A stretch of DNA of 64,000 bases from Mobula hypostoma (GCF_963921235.1 NC_086118.1:12774001-12838000), one strand, 5' to 3'. Positions 38,359 to 51,674 are shown, counted from the first letter of the stretch. Notes: generated from the sequence alone by a model not told the origin. Translations and numbers: made by a program.

Positions 38359-39524
38359 CTGCAATAAAGACAGACAGGAAAAAGCTTATGAAACATGAAA
38401 GATTTTTTTGTTGTACTATATTATATTATACACTTCAATTAATGAATAAAATCAAATATATATGTGATTTTTAAATTTTTTTCTAAATATTCATAGTATG
38501 CATACTACAAAAAAAAAATTTAAATTCTACGCAGTTTTCAGGTCGTGTACAAATTTCCTGCTCAGAACGATGGTTGGTCTGCACAGTTGTAAAAAAAAGA
38601 GGTAGCTTTACTTGTCACCACACTTCAAAAGTCCCATCCCTGTGTTCAGTTGACTTTCATGTTCTCAGGGTCGTATTCATACGGTTGTATTGTATCCCAC
38701 AGTCTCTGTATTGTATTTTCACAGTCGTAATTGAACCTTGTGCAGATAGTCATGTACGCCCAAGGCCACAATGGTGAAGACATTCAACAAGTACAATGAT
38801 TAACCCTTTACAATACAAAATATTTAGTAATCTGTGTATGTTTAAACCTAACTTTGTTTATTCTCTATTGGATTTCTAACATTATATTGAAATGAGCTTT
38901 AATAATATCTTACGCAAGGCATTTTTCACCAAAATGCTCAGTTTCTCCTTGAATCATTACTCAACTGGCTCTAGCTATCAGAGGTGTATTGTAAAAGGAC
39001 TTAAGGGAGGAAGTCATGGAGACCAGCTAATTTGATTCCGCATTGAAATTTTATCATCTATTTCAACACTTTCTATGTGCTAAATTTCTCCAGAATTGTT
39101 ACTTCCAGTATTCCGCTTATCTAGTGGTCCATTTTATATATTAACAATCAGACATTAATTCTGCACTTTCCTTTAACTAATTTTCCATTTGTGTCCAGGT
39201 ACCCATTTGACATGAAATATTGTTAGGGATTCACCATAACCTCTACAACTAACACAACTTTATTTCAGTGATGGTCACCCTACGGTCCAGTTCGGTTTGT
39301 TGCTTTAAAGCAGACTTTCAACTCTAGGGTTTTATAGATTCAAGAGTTAAGAATTTCCTCTGCATTCTTCCTTGCCAGGAGATATTCCCATTTATTCGTT
39401 CCATTTAAAGGATTGTATTACTGTAAATTATTATCTTTAAACTTACTGAAGCTATTCCTCCTGGATTCAGAACTGAGTATGTTGTCGAAAGAAGGTTTAT
39501 TATTTATAGGGAAAGTTCAAGGGT

Positions 39525-39881
39525 ATAAGACCATAAGACTATAAGACAAAGGAGTAGAATTAGGCCACTCAACGCATCCTTTTCAGTTTTGATTTATTAT
39601 CCCTCTCAACCCCATTCTCCTGCATTCTCCCCGTAACCTTTGACAACTTGACTAACCAAGAATTAATCAATCTCTGCTTTAAATATACTCAAAGACCTGG
39701 CTTCCACAGCTGTCCCTGGTAATGAATTCTATTGATTCAACACCCTCTGGCTAAAGACATTCCTTTTCTTCTCTGTTCTAAACGGTCATACCCCATTCTG
39801 AGGCTGTGCCCTCTGGTCCTAGACTCACCCAGTATAGGAAGCATCCTCTCCACATCCATTCCACAAAGCCTTTCAATATTT
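39525..39881 (-). mobile_element. CR1 3' end (continues at 42034-42185)
   Basis: ataagaccataagactataagac tail; ESRTRGHSLRMG peptide on the minus strand. Confidence 0.8.
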
Positions 39882-42033
39882 CAAACTTTCAAAATAAAGG
39901 AAGTTTGGAGACATTGCTAAAGGGAGGATAGGCAGGTGATAGAGAAGGGACACGCTCAGTCCCATGGTTTGAGATATGTCTACTTTAATACAAGTAGTAT
40001 CATGAATAAAGTGGATGAGCTTAGAGCATGGATCAGCACTTGGAGATGGGACAGAGACTTGGATGGTGCAGGGACAGGAATGACTACTTCAAGTGCCAGG
40101 CTTTAGATATTTCAGAAAGGATAGGGAGGGAGGCAAAAAAGGTGGGGGCGTGGCACGGTTGATCAGAGATAGTGTCACGGCTGCAGAAAAGGAGGAAGTC
40201 ATAGAGGGTAATGATATGAATCTAGAAGATTATAAGGCTAGCAGGAAGAAGTTTAAGAATGAAATTAAGAGAGCCAGAAGGAGCCATGAGAAGGCTTTGG
40301 GGCACAGGATTAAGGAAAACCCCAAGGCATTCTACAAGTATGTGAAGAGCAAGAGGATAAGACATGAGAGAATAGGACCAATCAAGTGTGACAATGGAAA
40401 AGTGTGTATGGAACCGGAGGAAATAGCGGAGGTACTTAATGAATACTTTGCTTCTGTATTCACTACGGAAAAGGATCTTGGCAATTGTAGGGATGACTTG
40501 CAGTGGACTGAAAAGCTTGAGAATGTAGATATTAAGAAAGAGGATGTGCTGGAGCTTTTGGAAAGCAACAAGTTGGATAAGTCACCGGGACTGGACGGGA
40601 TGTACCCCAGGCTACTGTGGGAAATGAGGGAAGAGATTGCTGAGCCTCTGGTAATGACACTTGCATCATCAATGAGGACAGGAGAGGTTCCGGAGGATTG
40701 GAAGGTTGCGGATAAGTTGACGGAGAAGATCCTGAGAGGCAGGATTTATGAACATTTGGGGAGGCATAATATGATTAGGAGTAGTCAGCATGACTTTATC
40801 AAAGGCAGGTCGTGCTTTACAAGCCTGAATGAATTCTTTGAGGCTGTGACTAAGCACAGTGATGAAGGTAGAACCGTAGATGTAGTGTATATGAATTTCA
40901 GCAAGGCATTTGATACGGTACCCCATGCAAGGCTTATTGAGAAAGTAAGGAGGCATGGGATCCAAGGCGACATTACTTTGTGGATCCAGAACTGGTTTGC
41001 CCACAGAAGGCAAAGAGTGGTTGTAGATAGGTCATATTCTGTGTGAAGGCCGGTGATCAGTGGTGTGCCTCAGGAATCTGTTCTGAGACCCTTACTCTTT
41101 GTGATTTTTATAAATGACCTGGATGAGGAAATGGAGGGATGGGTTAGTAAATTTGATGAAGACTCAAAGGTTGGGGATGTTGTGGATAGTGTGGAAGGCT
41201 GTCAGAGTTTACAAAAGGACATTGATAGGATGCAAAACTGGGCTGAGAAGTGGCAGATGGAGTTCAAGTCAGATAAGTGTGAGGTAGTTCATATTGGTAG
41301 GTCAAATATGATGTTTGAATATAGCATTAATGGTAAGACTCTTGGCAACGTGGAAGATCAGAGGGATCTTGGGGTCCGAGTCCATAGGACGGTCAAAGCT
41401 GCTACGCAGGTTGACTTTGTGGTTAAGAAGGCATGCGGTGCATTGGCCTTCATCAATCATGGGATTGAGTTTAAGAGCAGAGAGGTAATGTTGCAGCTAT
41501 ATAGGACACTGGTCAGACCCCACTTGGAGAACTGTGGTCATTTCTGGTCGCCTCACTGTAGGAAGGACATGGAAACCATAGAAAAGAAGCAGAGGATATT
41601 TACAAGGATGTTACCTGAATTGGGGAGCCTGCCTTATGGGAATAGGTTGAGTGAACTCGGCCTTTTCTCCTTGGAGCGACGGAGGATGAGAGGTGACTTG
41701 ATCGAGGTGTACAAGATAATGAGAGGCATTGAAATGGTCTGAAATGGCTAGCATGAGAGGGCATAGTTTTAAGGTGCTTGGAAGTAGATACTGAGGAGAT
41801 GTCGGTGTAAGTTTTCTATGCAGAGAGTGGTGAGTGCGTGGAATGGGCAGCCAGTTGTGGTGGTGGAGGTGGAAACGATAGGCTCATTTAAGAGACTCCT
41901 GGATGGCTACATGGAGTTTAGAAAAATAGAGGGCTATGGGTAAAGCCTACGTAGTTCTAAGATAGGGACATATTCAGCAGAGCTTTGTGGGCCAAAGGTC
42001 CTGTATTATGCTGTATGTTTTCTATGTTTCTAT
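39882..42033 (+). mobile_element. CR1 LINE ORF2 with internal deletions
   Basis: ORFs 40093-41046 and 41053-41742 (KSPGLDGMYP, NFSKAFD, SGVPQESVL); AATATTT repeated at 39875-39881 and 42034-42040. Confidence 0.93.
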
Positions 42034-43469
42034 AATATTTGATGGTTTAATTAAGATCTCTCCTCATTCTTCTAAACTCCAGTGGGTACAGACCCACAAC
42101 CAGCAAATGGTCCACATACATTAATCCTTTCATTCCCAGATCATTCATGTGAACTCCTATAGACTCTCTCCAATACCAGCACAGTTTTGGCAGGTGACTC
42201 CTGTTATCCAGGTGGAGACTGGGAGGAGCCTACATCTGCAGGTCTAGCAACCATCTGAATAGTGTCAAATGAGAAAATGTAAGTTACCTGAACTTGAAAT
42301 CATCCTGTGCCTTTATGTGAAAGAGGAGAATGCAGCCACAACAAGAAACTAGGTAGTGGGTTGGCTAATTGTGGAGAAATGCAGCATCATCTACATTCTA
42401 GGGACCATTTTTTGAACATTTCTGTGACTATTGACCTGTCTCTTGAAGCAGGGTTTAAAACTCATTCAGAGTCTCAGCTGGATAAAATATGATTTCTTTA
42501 TTTGTTATTTTTTTTTGTTGATAACCTTTATTGATACTGGCTCATTGGGTTTAAATATCTCCAGTTAATTGACCAACAGGGAGATTCTTTAGGCTTTGGT
42601 TGCTTTGTAATGAGATCTAATTAATCATTTTGAGTTTACTCCCCTGAGTCACCATATCCCCCACTGAGTGGCAATTGGATTACTACAATTACTAATCAGC
42701 ATGACAGTATCATTTTATTCCTCTTTTATGCACTACTTATTCATTGCTGAAATTTATAGTAGTTTTATGTTTTTTCACTGTACTGCTACCACAAAATAAC
42801 AAATTTCATGTCATCTAAGTCATAATAAATCTGATTCTAATTCTTTATTTTAGCTGATTTGTGAGAGTTTCAGTAAATTAGGGTAAATTGGCCAATTGGC
42901 ACTAAAAACCAAAGAATATAAAACACAGATAATGCCAGATGCAGAAAAGATTTCCATAACATTTCTCTGCAAATTTACCACACTGGTTATCCTTCAGTTC
43001 CCCAGCTTAACTTTCCTAAATTCTTTCTCAGTTTCACTTTGCACTTGACATACACCTCCCAGACTTTCACTGCAGTGGAACTTGGATATGTATCAAAACC
43101 ATCCCTATGTTAGTTAATACTGTTTGTTCCCCAACATTAATTTGGGTCTATTTTAGGTTTTCCTTTTTGTTCCAAGTACAGGATTGAGAATGCATTTGGC
43201 CTGAGTCTTTATTATCCTATCCTTGAACTCTAGCTTGGAATACATATTTCCTGTACATCTTTGCTAATTTGCTCTATCACAATTTAAAACTTGACTTGAC
43301 TTGTCTTGTACTTTCCCAAGTCTGACTCAATTATGTAGCAATACTGAAAAATCCCTGACAAATAGCACTTATACTGCACAGAAGTAACCAAAAAATCCTA
43401 GCTAGCATCTTTATTCCTTTACTGTTATCTGAACACAAGTAGCGAACCTGTGCAATTCCTTGCCACAGG

Positions 43470-43655
43470 CAGCTATAGAGGCCAAATCATGGGGTATATT
43501 TAAGGCAGAGGACGGTAGATTCTTGATTAATCAGGGCATGAAGGGATATGGGGAGAAAGCAGGGGAGTGAAAATGCTTCGGCTGTGATGAAATGGTGGAG
43601 CAGATTTGCTGGGTCAAACAGCCTAATTTTGATATTAGATCTTATGGTCTTATGA
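43470..43655 (+). mobile_element. CR1 3' end fragment
   Basis: gaggccaaatcatggggtatatttaaggcagag...tcttatggtcttat tail. Confidence 0.75.
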
Positions 43656-44324
43656 ATAGCCCACACCAGCACACTGCACTGTTCATGACCATCAGTATTT
43701 GAATTTTTCATGACCAATGGTCTCTGCTACATGAAAGATGAATGGCAATTTTACATCCCAGGACCAAAGATCTGAGCTGCTCAAGTTCAAATGGTTCTTT
43801 TCTGCCTAATTCCAATAATGTCTCTGGTGCTTAGGACCAACAATGACTGAACAGCTGAGTACCAAAATTCATTGAACTCTTTGTGCATCTTAAGTTACTT
43901 GCTCATTTTACTCTGCTTTCCCTCCTTAGAGTAGAAAAATGAAAATAAAAAGTGATTATTTGCAGTCACCTGTGTTGATCTGAAGAGGGAGAAACAGTTA
44001 AACTCGCAATGGTTAAGGAGTTCCAGCTAAACCTTCAATAACTCATCTTGTTGTCACAGATACTCCAAATCACTTTGAATTGTTTCCTTGCTTTATAAAC
44101 TGTCATACAGTTTCATCTTCTTTTGGTGTAACTGACAAACACAAGAAATGTGCTGAAGATTAATTGGATATGATGTTTTCCAAATAGGTGCCAAATAAGA
44201 TATAGCAATGTTCAATAATAAACTGTCAGTAGGCATTCTATAGAAGATATTCCGTTATCCTCCTGGTCTTTTTCGATTTACTCGGGATGTGGTCATTTGT
44301 TAGGATTCCGATCTATTCTGGGGT

Positions 44325-44503
44325 TGACCAGCAGGGGCAGATATATTTCCCTAAGGGTTTTTTCATACCTAATTGGACTCCTTTGTTATTGATCATTGAC
44401 TGTACATGTTCCCAATTAACGTCTGTGTATCGAAAACCTGCTTCATGAATCTTACCTTGCTCAGTTTTAAAGTGTGATCTTACAAGTAGTCTTTACTGTG
44501 TGT

Positions 44504-44552
<49 letters not shown>

Positions 44553-44835
44553 ATGTCTACTTACTGCCTACTATTTCTGGGTCTTATTTGTGCCTCAAGA
44601 ATTTGGATTATTGAATTTGTGTTTGGATCACCGCATTTTTGAGCTGGACTGATTGTCTGTATTTGCCCATGCCTGTTTTTTTTACACATCTTTGTTTAAA
44701 GAAAGTAAAACTTGTTTTTGAATTTACACATCAACTCCAGTCTGTATTGTGGTTTCTGCAATCGGGTTCACTCACAATCCTCATGATACAGTGGCAGAGT
44801 GCTGGACTTTCAACCCCGTGACCTGAGTTTGATTT
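44325..44835 (+). repeat. LTR-like direct repeat, copy 1
   Basis: Colinear with 47612-48052 (tgaatttgtgtttggat, gcatttttgag, tttgcccatg, agagtgctggactt). Confidence 0.75.
44497..44549. repeat. (TG)n microsatellite
   Basis: Direct observation. Confidence 0.95.
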
Positions 44836-46364
44836 CTGATCAGGCCATTTCCTTTGCAGCAATTCGTGTGGAGGAGCAGTACAGGGTATTGTGAGCATAT
44901 TCTGTCTATAGACTGTACCTGCTCCAGGAGGTGGGATTGATGGAAGTGAAGCATTTCACGGTTGTCTCAAGATCCTAGTTAATCCTCTTCTGCTAGTGAT
45001 TGGACTCAGGATGAAAGCCAGAGGAGAGGCCGACTGATGCCCCAATCAGCAACAGAATGCCCAGCAGAACGGAGAAATGACCTGTAGCCCATGCCTTTTG
45101 AAAGCCATAAACTCAGAATATGCTGGCAGATTAGTTCTACAGTCTCACTGGCTGAAGGAAGTTTGGGCAGGGAAATAAAGTGTCAGGCTTTGGGAAATCA
45201 CAAGAATAACTGTGTTACCTTATGAGGATGGGAATCCTGGAATGAAGTCCGTGTGTGACTGGGACCAGTGTTATTGGAGATGGCCCCGAGGATGTTGTTT
45301 GGAGTTCTTAATCTGGACACAGGTGGAGCAGGCAGCAACAAAAGCACAAATGTCTGCCTCTATGCTGAGCCACCAAAAACATCTCCTGAGGAACTGCAGT
45401 GAAGCAAGTGCAATGCCCCCATTGCAGCACCGGGGATTGGATTGCAACGGGAACAAAAAGTCGACCAGAAGGGCCATTACCTGGATCTGGTTCCCCCCGT
45501 TGTGCCAGCTGGATCACCATCTCTATTTCCTAGCAAACTGGAGCCATGATCCTGCAGCTTGAAGCAATAGGCTCAGGGTCTTTCTCTGGAACCAGGTCAG
45601 TAGTGAAATGTTTCTTAAGCTCTAAGAAGGCTTCCTCTGTTTCAGAGGTCCAAAAGAACTGGATGGTTGACTCCCTGGTCGGGCAGTGAGAGGGGCTGTT
45701 ATAAAGCTGAAGTTATAGATGAATTGTTGGTAAAAGCTGACAAAACAAGGAAGCATTTTACCTGCTTGAGAGAAGAGGATCCTGGCCAAACCCTGACTGC
45801 TTTGGTCTTCTTGGGATCCACCTGGATGCTGCCCTTGGAGATGATGAGCCCTCAGAAGGAGACTTCAAAAACTTGGAATTCACGTTTCTCTAGTTTCACA
45901 AAAAAGTGGCTCTTGAGGAGGAAACTCTGGAGGACTAGTTGAGCATGACGAACGTGCTCATGGAGTAACTTGGAGAACACCAGAATATCATTGCACTAGT
46001 CATGTGGGTGATGACGAGGAAGGGTTGTGGCTATTCTCTTACTGAACACCTTCTTCAGGTCATGGTATTCAGGACAGCTCGGGAGCATCAGAAGACTTGG
46101 AAGCTGTAGAAGAAGGTGTAGAGAAGTGGCAGGTAGCATGAGATGTAGGACACAATCAATTACAGTTCTAGTAAACTAGTCAATATGTGGGCTGTGGCAA
46201 GTTAACCATGGGAATCCTAGGTCAACAGGGAATGCGGGGAGTGGATGAGATTAAACTGGATTTCTTCATGATTATTTTTAATTGACAGGTGCAAGGGCAT
46301 AGTGAGGTGATGAACACTGCCATTTCCCAGAGATCTTCCATCTAGGGCAGTTACTGCCAATGGG

Positions 46365-47540
46365 TGTCATGGTCTGGTCCGTGAAGTCTAGATTCCAGTA
46401 CAGGGACCGGTCCATCGATCCTTTTTCCAGGTTTTCCGGTCTTCCCTTGTTCTGTTGGTGCCTTAAGTGAGACACATGCTTCTCATTTTGGGCTGGCTGC
46501 ATAAACAACTCCTGGGTTCAGCTTCAGTCGCTGGGCTGTTCCCTTCCCCTTCCTTCTGTAGCCCTTGGCTGAAGCCTCACCTGCTATCTTTCGCCTGAAG
46601 CCTCGCCTGCGTCCTCGCCTATGCTCGTCATCAAGTTCTACTGCCAGAGCAAGACCAGAGCCTTGCAGTGTCTAGATAAGGAACTGTCTTTCGTTGTTTG
46701 GAACTGTCTCTCTGTCCACACCTTCACTAAGTAGGTCCAGCTCTTTGCCACTACCTTGTGTTGGGAACCATCTCATCGTGTTCAAAATTCTGTGTATGAG
46801 TCCCGGCCTCAAGTCCTGTTCCCAAGAAGGGGTCCCTGCTCTGTGTTATATGTTCCTGTCTCTCAAGACCAAGGCTCTGTGTTCTGCATTCCTGTCTCCC
46901 AAGATTACCAAGGCTCTGTGTTCTGTGTTCCTGTCTCCCAAGATTACCAAGGGTCTGTGTTCTGTTTCCTGTTGTCCCAAGACCAAGTCAAGGCTTTGGG
47001 TTCTCATCCTGTGCAGGAGTTCCACGTCCAGTCCTGTAGCCATGTCCAGTCTTGGTTCTATGTTCCATGTTCCCGTCTCTCAAGATCAAGGCTCTGTGTT
47101 CCACGTTCCTGTCTCCCAAGATTACCAAGGCTCTGTGTTCCAGTCTCCCAAGTCCAAGTCTTAGCTTCATGTCCTCATCCAGTTCTGGTCCTGCGTCCTG
47201 CCACCACATCCAGTACTGTTGCCTTGCCACATCTGGTCCTAGCCTAGATCCGGAGTCCAAGCCCGAGTCAAGACCAAGGTTCCCGGTCCCTGTCCAGTCT
47301 CTGGCTCGGAGCCCTTGTCCAGGTTCCAAGTTCCTAGTTCCTCGTCCAGGTCCTGCTTTCCTAGTCTAGTCCTAGCCCAGGCCCTGTATCCTAGCCTCTT
47401 CCAGGGCCTGTGTCTTGTCCAGCGTCGTTTCTTCCCCACTTCCCTCGCTTGCTTGACACACCTAGTCCTGTTCCTAGTACTTCAGTGTCTGTGTCCTGCA
47501 TTTGGTTCTGCTCCCAGCGCCACCCCACCCCCGTATGACA
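46365..47540 (+). mobile_element. Gypsy-type solo LTR, 1176 bp
   Basis: TGTCAT...ATGACA termini; 5-bp TSD ATGGG at 46360-46364 and 47541-47545. Confidence 0.9.
46836..47150. repeat. 36/39-bp minisatellite inside the solo LTR
   Basis: Unit caaggctctgtgttctgcattcctgtctcccaagattac, about six copies in two blocks. Confidence 0.9.
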
Positions 47541-47611
47541 ATGGGATTTAACACTGGTGAGAGGGATGAGAAGATTCTTTGCAAAGGAAATGCTTCACTG
47601 GAGTACATGCT

Positions 47612-48052
47612 TTGGCCGAGGGGCAGATCAGCATTCCCTTCACCTCTCACAAAATAATTGTCCAGTCAATTTGAGAGGTCAGTCTGGATGCCCTGATCAT
47701 TCACCACGTCTCTGCTTGATGTCTGTGTTTTTAAACCCTGTTTCCTGTACCAGATCTGTTCTGTGTTTTGTTTAATGTCTGCTTACTGCCTGCCTTTTCT
47801 GGATCTTATTTGTGTATCAGAACTTGGATTGCTGAATTTGTGTTTGGATTACTGCATTTTTGAGTTGGACCGGTTGACTGCTTTTGCCCATGTCTGTTTT
47901 TTCACCAACTTGGCTAAAAATAAATTAAAACTTGCTCTTGAATCTGCACATCAGCTCCTGTCTACGTCATGGTTTCCACAATTGCATTCACTCAGAAACC
48001 TCAGTGGTACAGTGTTAGAGTGCTGGACTTCCAACCCAGTGAACTGAGGTCA
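47612..48052 (+). repeat. LTR-like direct repeat, copy 2
   Basis: See 44325-44835. Confidence 0.75.
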
Positions 48053-48869
48053 TTATTGACAAGACCAGCAATTTTGCCACTGTTCAATTCCCATATTCCA
48101 TGTGATTGTGACAAGAGTCTGTTAAGATTCACATGCTGAAATCATTTCGTCAGTGAAACACTTGCACCTAAAGGTTTGGTACAGCTGTACCACTGAACTG
48201 GTAGGGATCAACACTGATGTGTCTCTGAAGTTACATACAATTCAGATTGGGAAAAACTTTATATTCACACCACCATAATGGAATTTGAATGTGCATCCTT
48301 ACAAAATTATTATAGCTTCATCAGCTACTAGTCCAGTAAAATAATCCCCAGGCTAATGCACTCATAAGTAGATGTCATAACACTATTCAAAGGTAATTTC
48401 CCAAGAGATTCTGCCAAAGTCTCTCTCCCCAAAGTTTTAATTAGTTAGTAATTCATCTCCTTTCATTACTTCGTGTTGCAGAGGTATTGAATCCATTGAA
48501 ATTTTTATGAAATTTAAGAAATGTCTTGGGGCCAGAAACGTAGAACAAAAGAAAGCTAGATAAGAAGATGAGATGAAGTTTCCAGTTGTCAACTGACAAA
48601 AAAATCTTAGTAAAAAGTGATCAGAAAGCAAAATTATCTCTGCTATGGAACTTAAGCCTCTAGTATCTCAAATGACCATTCTGATAGGCAATTGGATTTT
48701 GAATTTAAATACTTGGCTCATTTCCTGCTGCCATGTTGTTTGAGATTTTTTTCAAATAGATTAATGTAAAGCTTGAAAGAAACATTGGTACAAAATAAGT
48801 TGTTTATTTTAGTCTAATAGAGGCAAATAGACTGAAAACCTATTTTTAATTGATCAAAGTTACGTCTGT

Positions 48870-49325
48870 AACAAAAACGGAACATGCTTGGGAAAAGCAC
48901 AACAGGTCAGGTATCATCTGTTCAAAGTGAAACAGTAATGTTTCAGGGAGGAAAGCTTTTCATCAGAACTAGGAAAGAGAGAAGAAACAAGTTTGCTTTC
49001 TGCAACAAAACTAACTCTTTCCTCACCACTTTCCAAGATCTGACAAAAGACCTTGAATTGAATCATTAACTGTTTCTCTTTCCACAGATTGTCTTTCCTG
49101 TCATGCTTTTTTGTTTCAGATTTCCCATATCTGCAGATGTACAAGAGACTGCAGACACTGAAATTTGAAGCAACAATCTGCTGGAGGGACTCAACATGCT
49201 GGGCAATTGCTAGGCTCCTGGTGCAGAGTTTCAGCCAGATACATTGATATTTCCTTCCCCTCTTCAGATACTGCTCAACCTGCTCAGTTGTTCCAGCAGA
49301 ATATTTCTTCCAGCATCTGCAGGTT
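48870..49325. mobile_element. Two old palindromic Penelope-derived remnants
   Basis: ctgcagac/tgctggag...ccagcatctgcag inverted ends; cores decayed. Confidence 0.55.
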
Positions 49326-49559
49326 TTTTTTCATATCTTGTTGTATGAAAAAAAAAGCTGCACGTAAGGGTAAGGCTGAAACTGACAAAATACCAATAGG
49401 ATTCATGAAGTTCATTCAATTTTCTCCTTTATGCTCCCTACAGCCTCTTTAAGAGTTTATAGGTTTTGGAATTCTGAAGAGAAATAATGTTTTAAATACC
49501 CATGGACAAATGTGCAGGAGGTTTTATAGAACCTGGACTTGCTGGCTCATATCATGAAG

Positions 49560-50250
49560 CTAACTACTAGAGAGGCGCAGTATAAGATAATGGGTTACTT
49601 AGTTGGACTTGTTTCAAAACAGAGACAACACTGGCTCAGTCACCCAGTTGCACAAAGCTTGCAGACCAAATGGAGACAATCACTTAGCACATTGATAACT
49701 GATCTATCAATAGATTGGAAGTTTATGTACTCAGGGAAGTTAGCATCCCAGCATTGATTGTGGGTACCTGGGAACTGAGTCTCCAAGAAGCTTTTAGGCT
49801 TCTTGCTTTCAAGGTATCCAAAAGGAAAGCACATGTGTGTGAAGACACCCAAGTGGCAAAGAAACTGAATAAATGAAGAAAGCAGTTTAGGCTTATTAGG
49901 AATGGCTAAGGAACATCATGAAGCATGGGGTGAACTAGAGTTCATTCTTCTGCCTTTGATTTCTGTGTTGAATGACTGGTTCATCTGCATCATTGGTATG
50001 TCTTTTTTACTAATAGGAATTGTACCTGTGTTTTAGAAATGGTTTGAAATTTGTAAGTCTTATACAAGGTAGAAATCCTCTGATTTATAAATGAATGATC
50101 GTTGGATTTAAAAATGTATCACTGAAAATAAACTGCATTTAAACTAATTTCTTAGCTGCAAGTATCTTTCCCTTGGTAGGGAGTGGGGACCCACCTCTCA
50201 AATAGTGAGTATTGCCAGCTAAATTTGCCATGGAGAATAAACAGGGAAGT
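49560..50250 (+). repeat. Unclassified dispersed repeat (solo-LTR-like), copy 2
   Basis: See 9780-10500. Confidence 0.75.
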
Positions 50251-50529
50251 AAGCTCATCTTTGAACACTGGGTAGTTGCAGAGTCTAGTCAGGGTACCCA
50301 TGATTATTTATTTCAGATAGAGCTTGAGGTATTCATTTTAGAATCTTGCTGTCAACAAACCCAATATCATCACAGCCCCACATTATGCAGAATTCTGGCC
50401 ACTATCTTCTCCTCTGTCAGCACATCCTCAGGCTTGGCTATTTCCAAGAATCAGGAAACACTGATATGTCTCAATGTGCTGTATTCACCAATATAGCTAC
50501 CGCTATTCTCTTTGGAGTGAAGGAGGATG

Positions 50530-51500
50530 GGGTGACTTGACAGAGGTGTACAAGTAGAATGGGTAACTAGAGACTTTTTTCCAGGATGAACATTGATAAT
50601 ACAAGCGGGCATAATGTTAAGGTGATTGGAAGAAATTATAGGGGAGAAGTCAGAGGTAGGTTCTTTATACAGCAAATGGTGGGTACCTGGAACACCCTAC
50701 CAGTGGTGTTGGTGGAGTCAGATACATCAGGGACATTTAAAAAAACTCTTAGATAGGCATGGATGAAAGGAAAATAGAGTGCTATAGGTGAATGGAAGGA
50801 TATATCTGTCAAGTAGGGTGCCATGCACAATTCTGATTTGATGGAGGCAGACGTGAGAGCACAGAAGAACATCTGGGGAAACTTCTGAAATGTTTCACTG
50901 CCCCTGCTACTGCGTGATCTGAAATCTCCGGAGGGGAAGGCCCCAAGTCCTCAACTTTGCTTGTTGCTTGGCGGCCGGGGCGGGTTGATGCACTCGGCAG
51001 AGATGGTGCTCGGTGCTCGGTGTCGGAGGGCTGGTCGGAAGCTCAAAGTTTTTGGACAGACTCAGAGTCGGACTGTGGTCGGGTGCTTCCAGGATGCTGC
51101 ATCGGCAAGTTTGCGGTGCTGGAGGCTCATGGCAGGGAGAGTTTCTCCCTTCTACCATCTGCATGAGATGTTGGGGCTATCAGGACTTTGTGACTTTTTC
51201 TTACTGTGCCCATGATCTGCTCTTTATCAAATTATGGTATTGCTTTGCACTGTTGTAACAATATATTATAATTATGTGGTTTTTCTCAGCTTTAGTCTTG
51301 GTCTGTCCTGTGTTTCTGTAATATCATACTGGAGGAACATTGTATCATTTCTTAATGTATGCATTTCTAAATGACAATAAACGAGGACTGATTGTCTTCA
51401 TAATCTAATCTAATCTAATATTGATTTTAGAGCATGTTAAAACTTTGGGACAACATTGTGGGACGGAGTGCCTGTATTGTGCTGAAAAGATCTATGTTCT
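50530..51500 (+). mobile_element. CR1 3' end interrupted by a LINE 3' UTR fragment (~50815-51420)
   Basis: RFFIQQMVGTWNTLP; the insert ends in aataaa...(CTAAT)n; CR1 tail resumes at ~51420. Confidence 0.7.
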
Positions 51501-51674
51501 ACTTTGTAATATTGTCAGGTCACTAGTATATCTTGCTAGACTCAAAGTCCATCTTTTATCTTCACACTGCCTTCTCTTTTCATCTTTATAATTAATTGGT
51601 AGTGTATATGTGCCCTCTTATTCCAGTTTCACATAATATGAAAACTGCAATAAAGCCCAAATAGATTTGGAGAA

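Larger units (their letters stand above)
45010..47600 (-). mobile_element. Degenerate Gypsy (Tf2/sushi-like) pol: protease, RT, integrase fragments
   Basis: FAKNLLIPL..LAVTALDGRSLGNG (split by a solo LTR), NDILVFSK..EHVRH, IQVDPKKTKAVRVWP, LFVPVAIQSPVLQWGH, FWWLSIEADICAFVAACSTC. Confidence 0.85.

Noticed and set aside
38724..38772. Plus-strand exon VIEPCADSHVRPRPQ
   Set aside because: Weak donor (GTGAAG) and no recognisable protein match.
46694..47369. Repetitive ORFs or a CRISPR-like array
   Set aside because: Tandem 36/39-bp minisatellite without unique spacers, inside a solo LTR; no cas genes; eukaryotic context.
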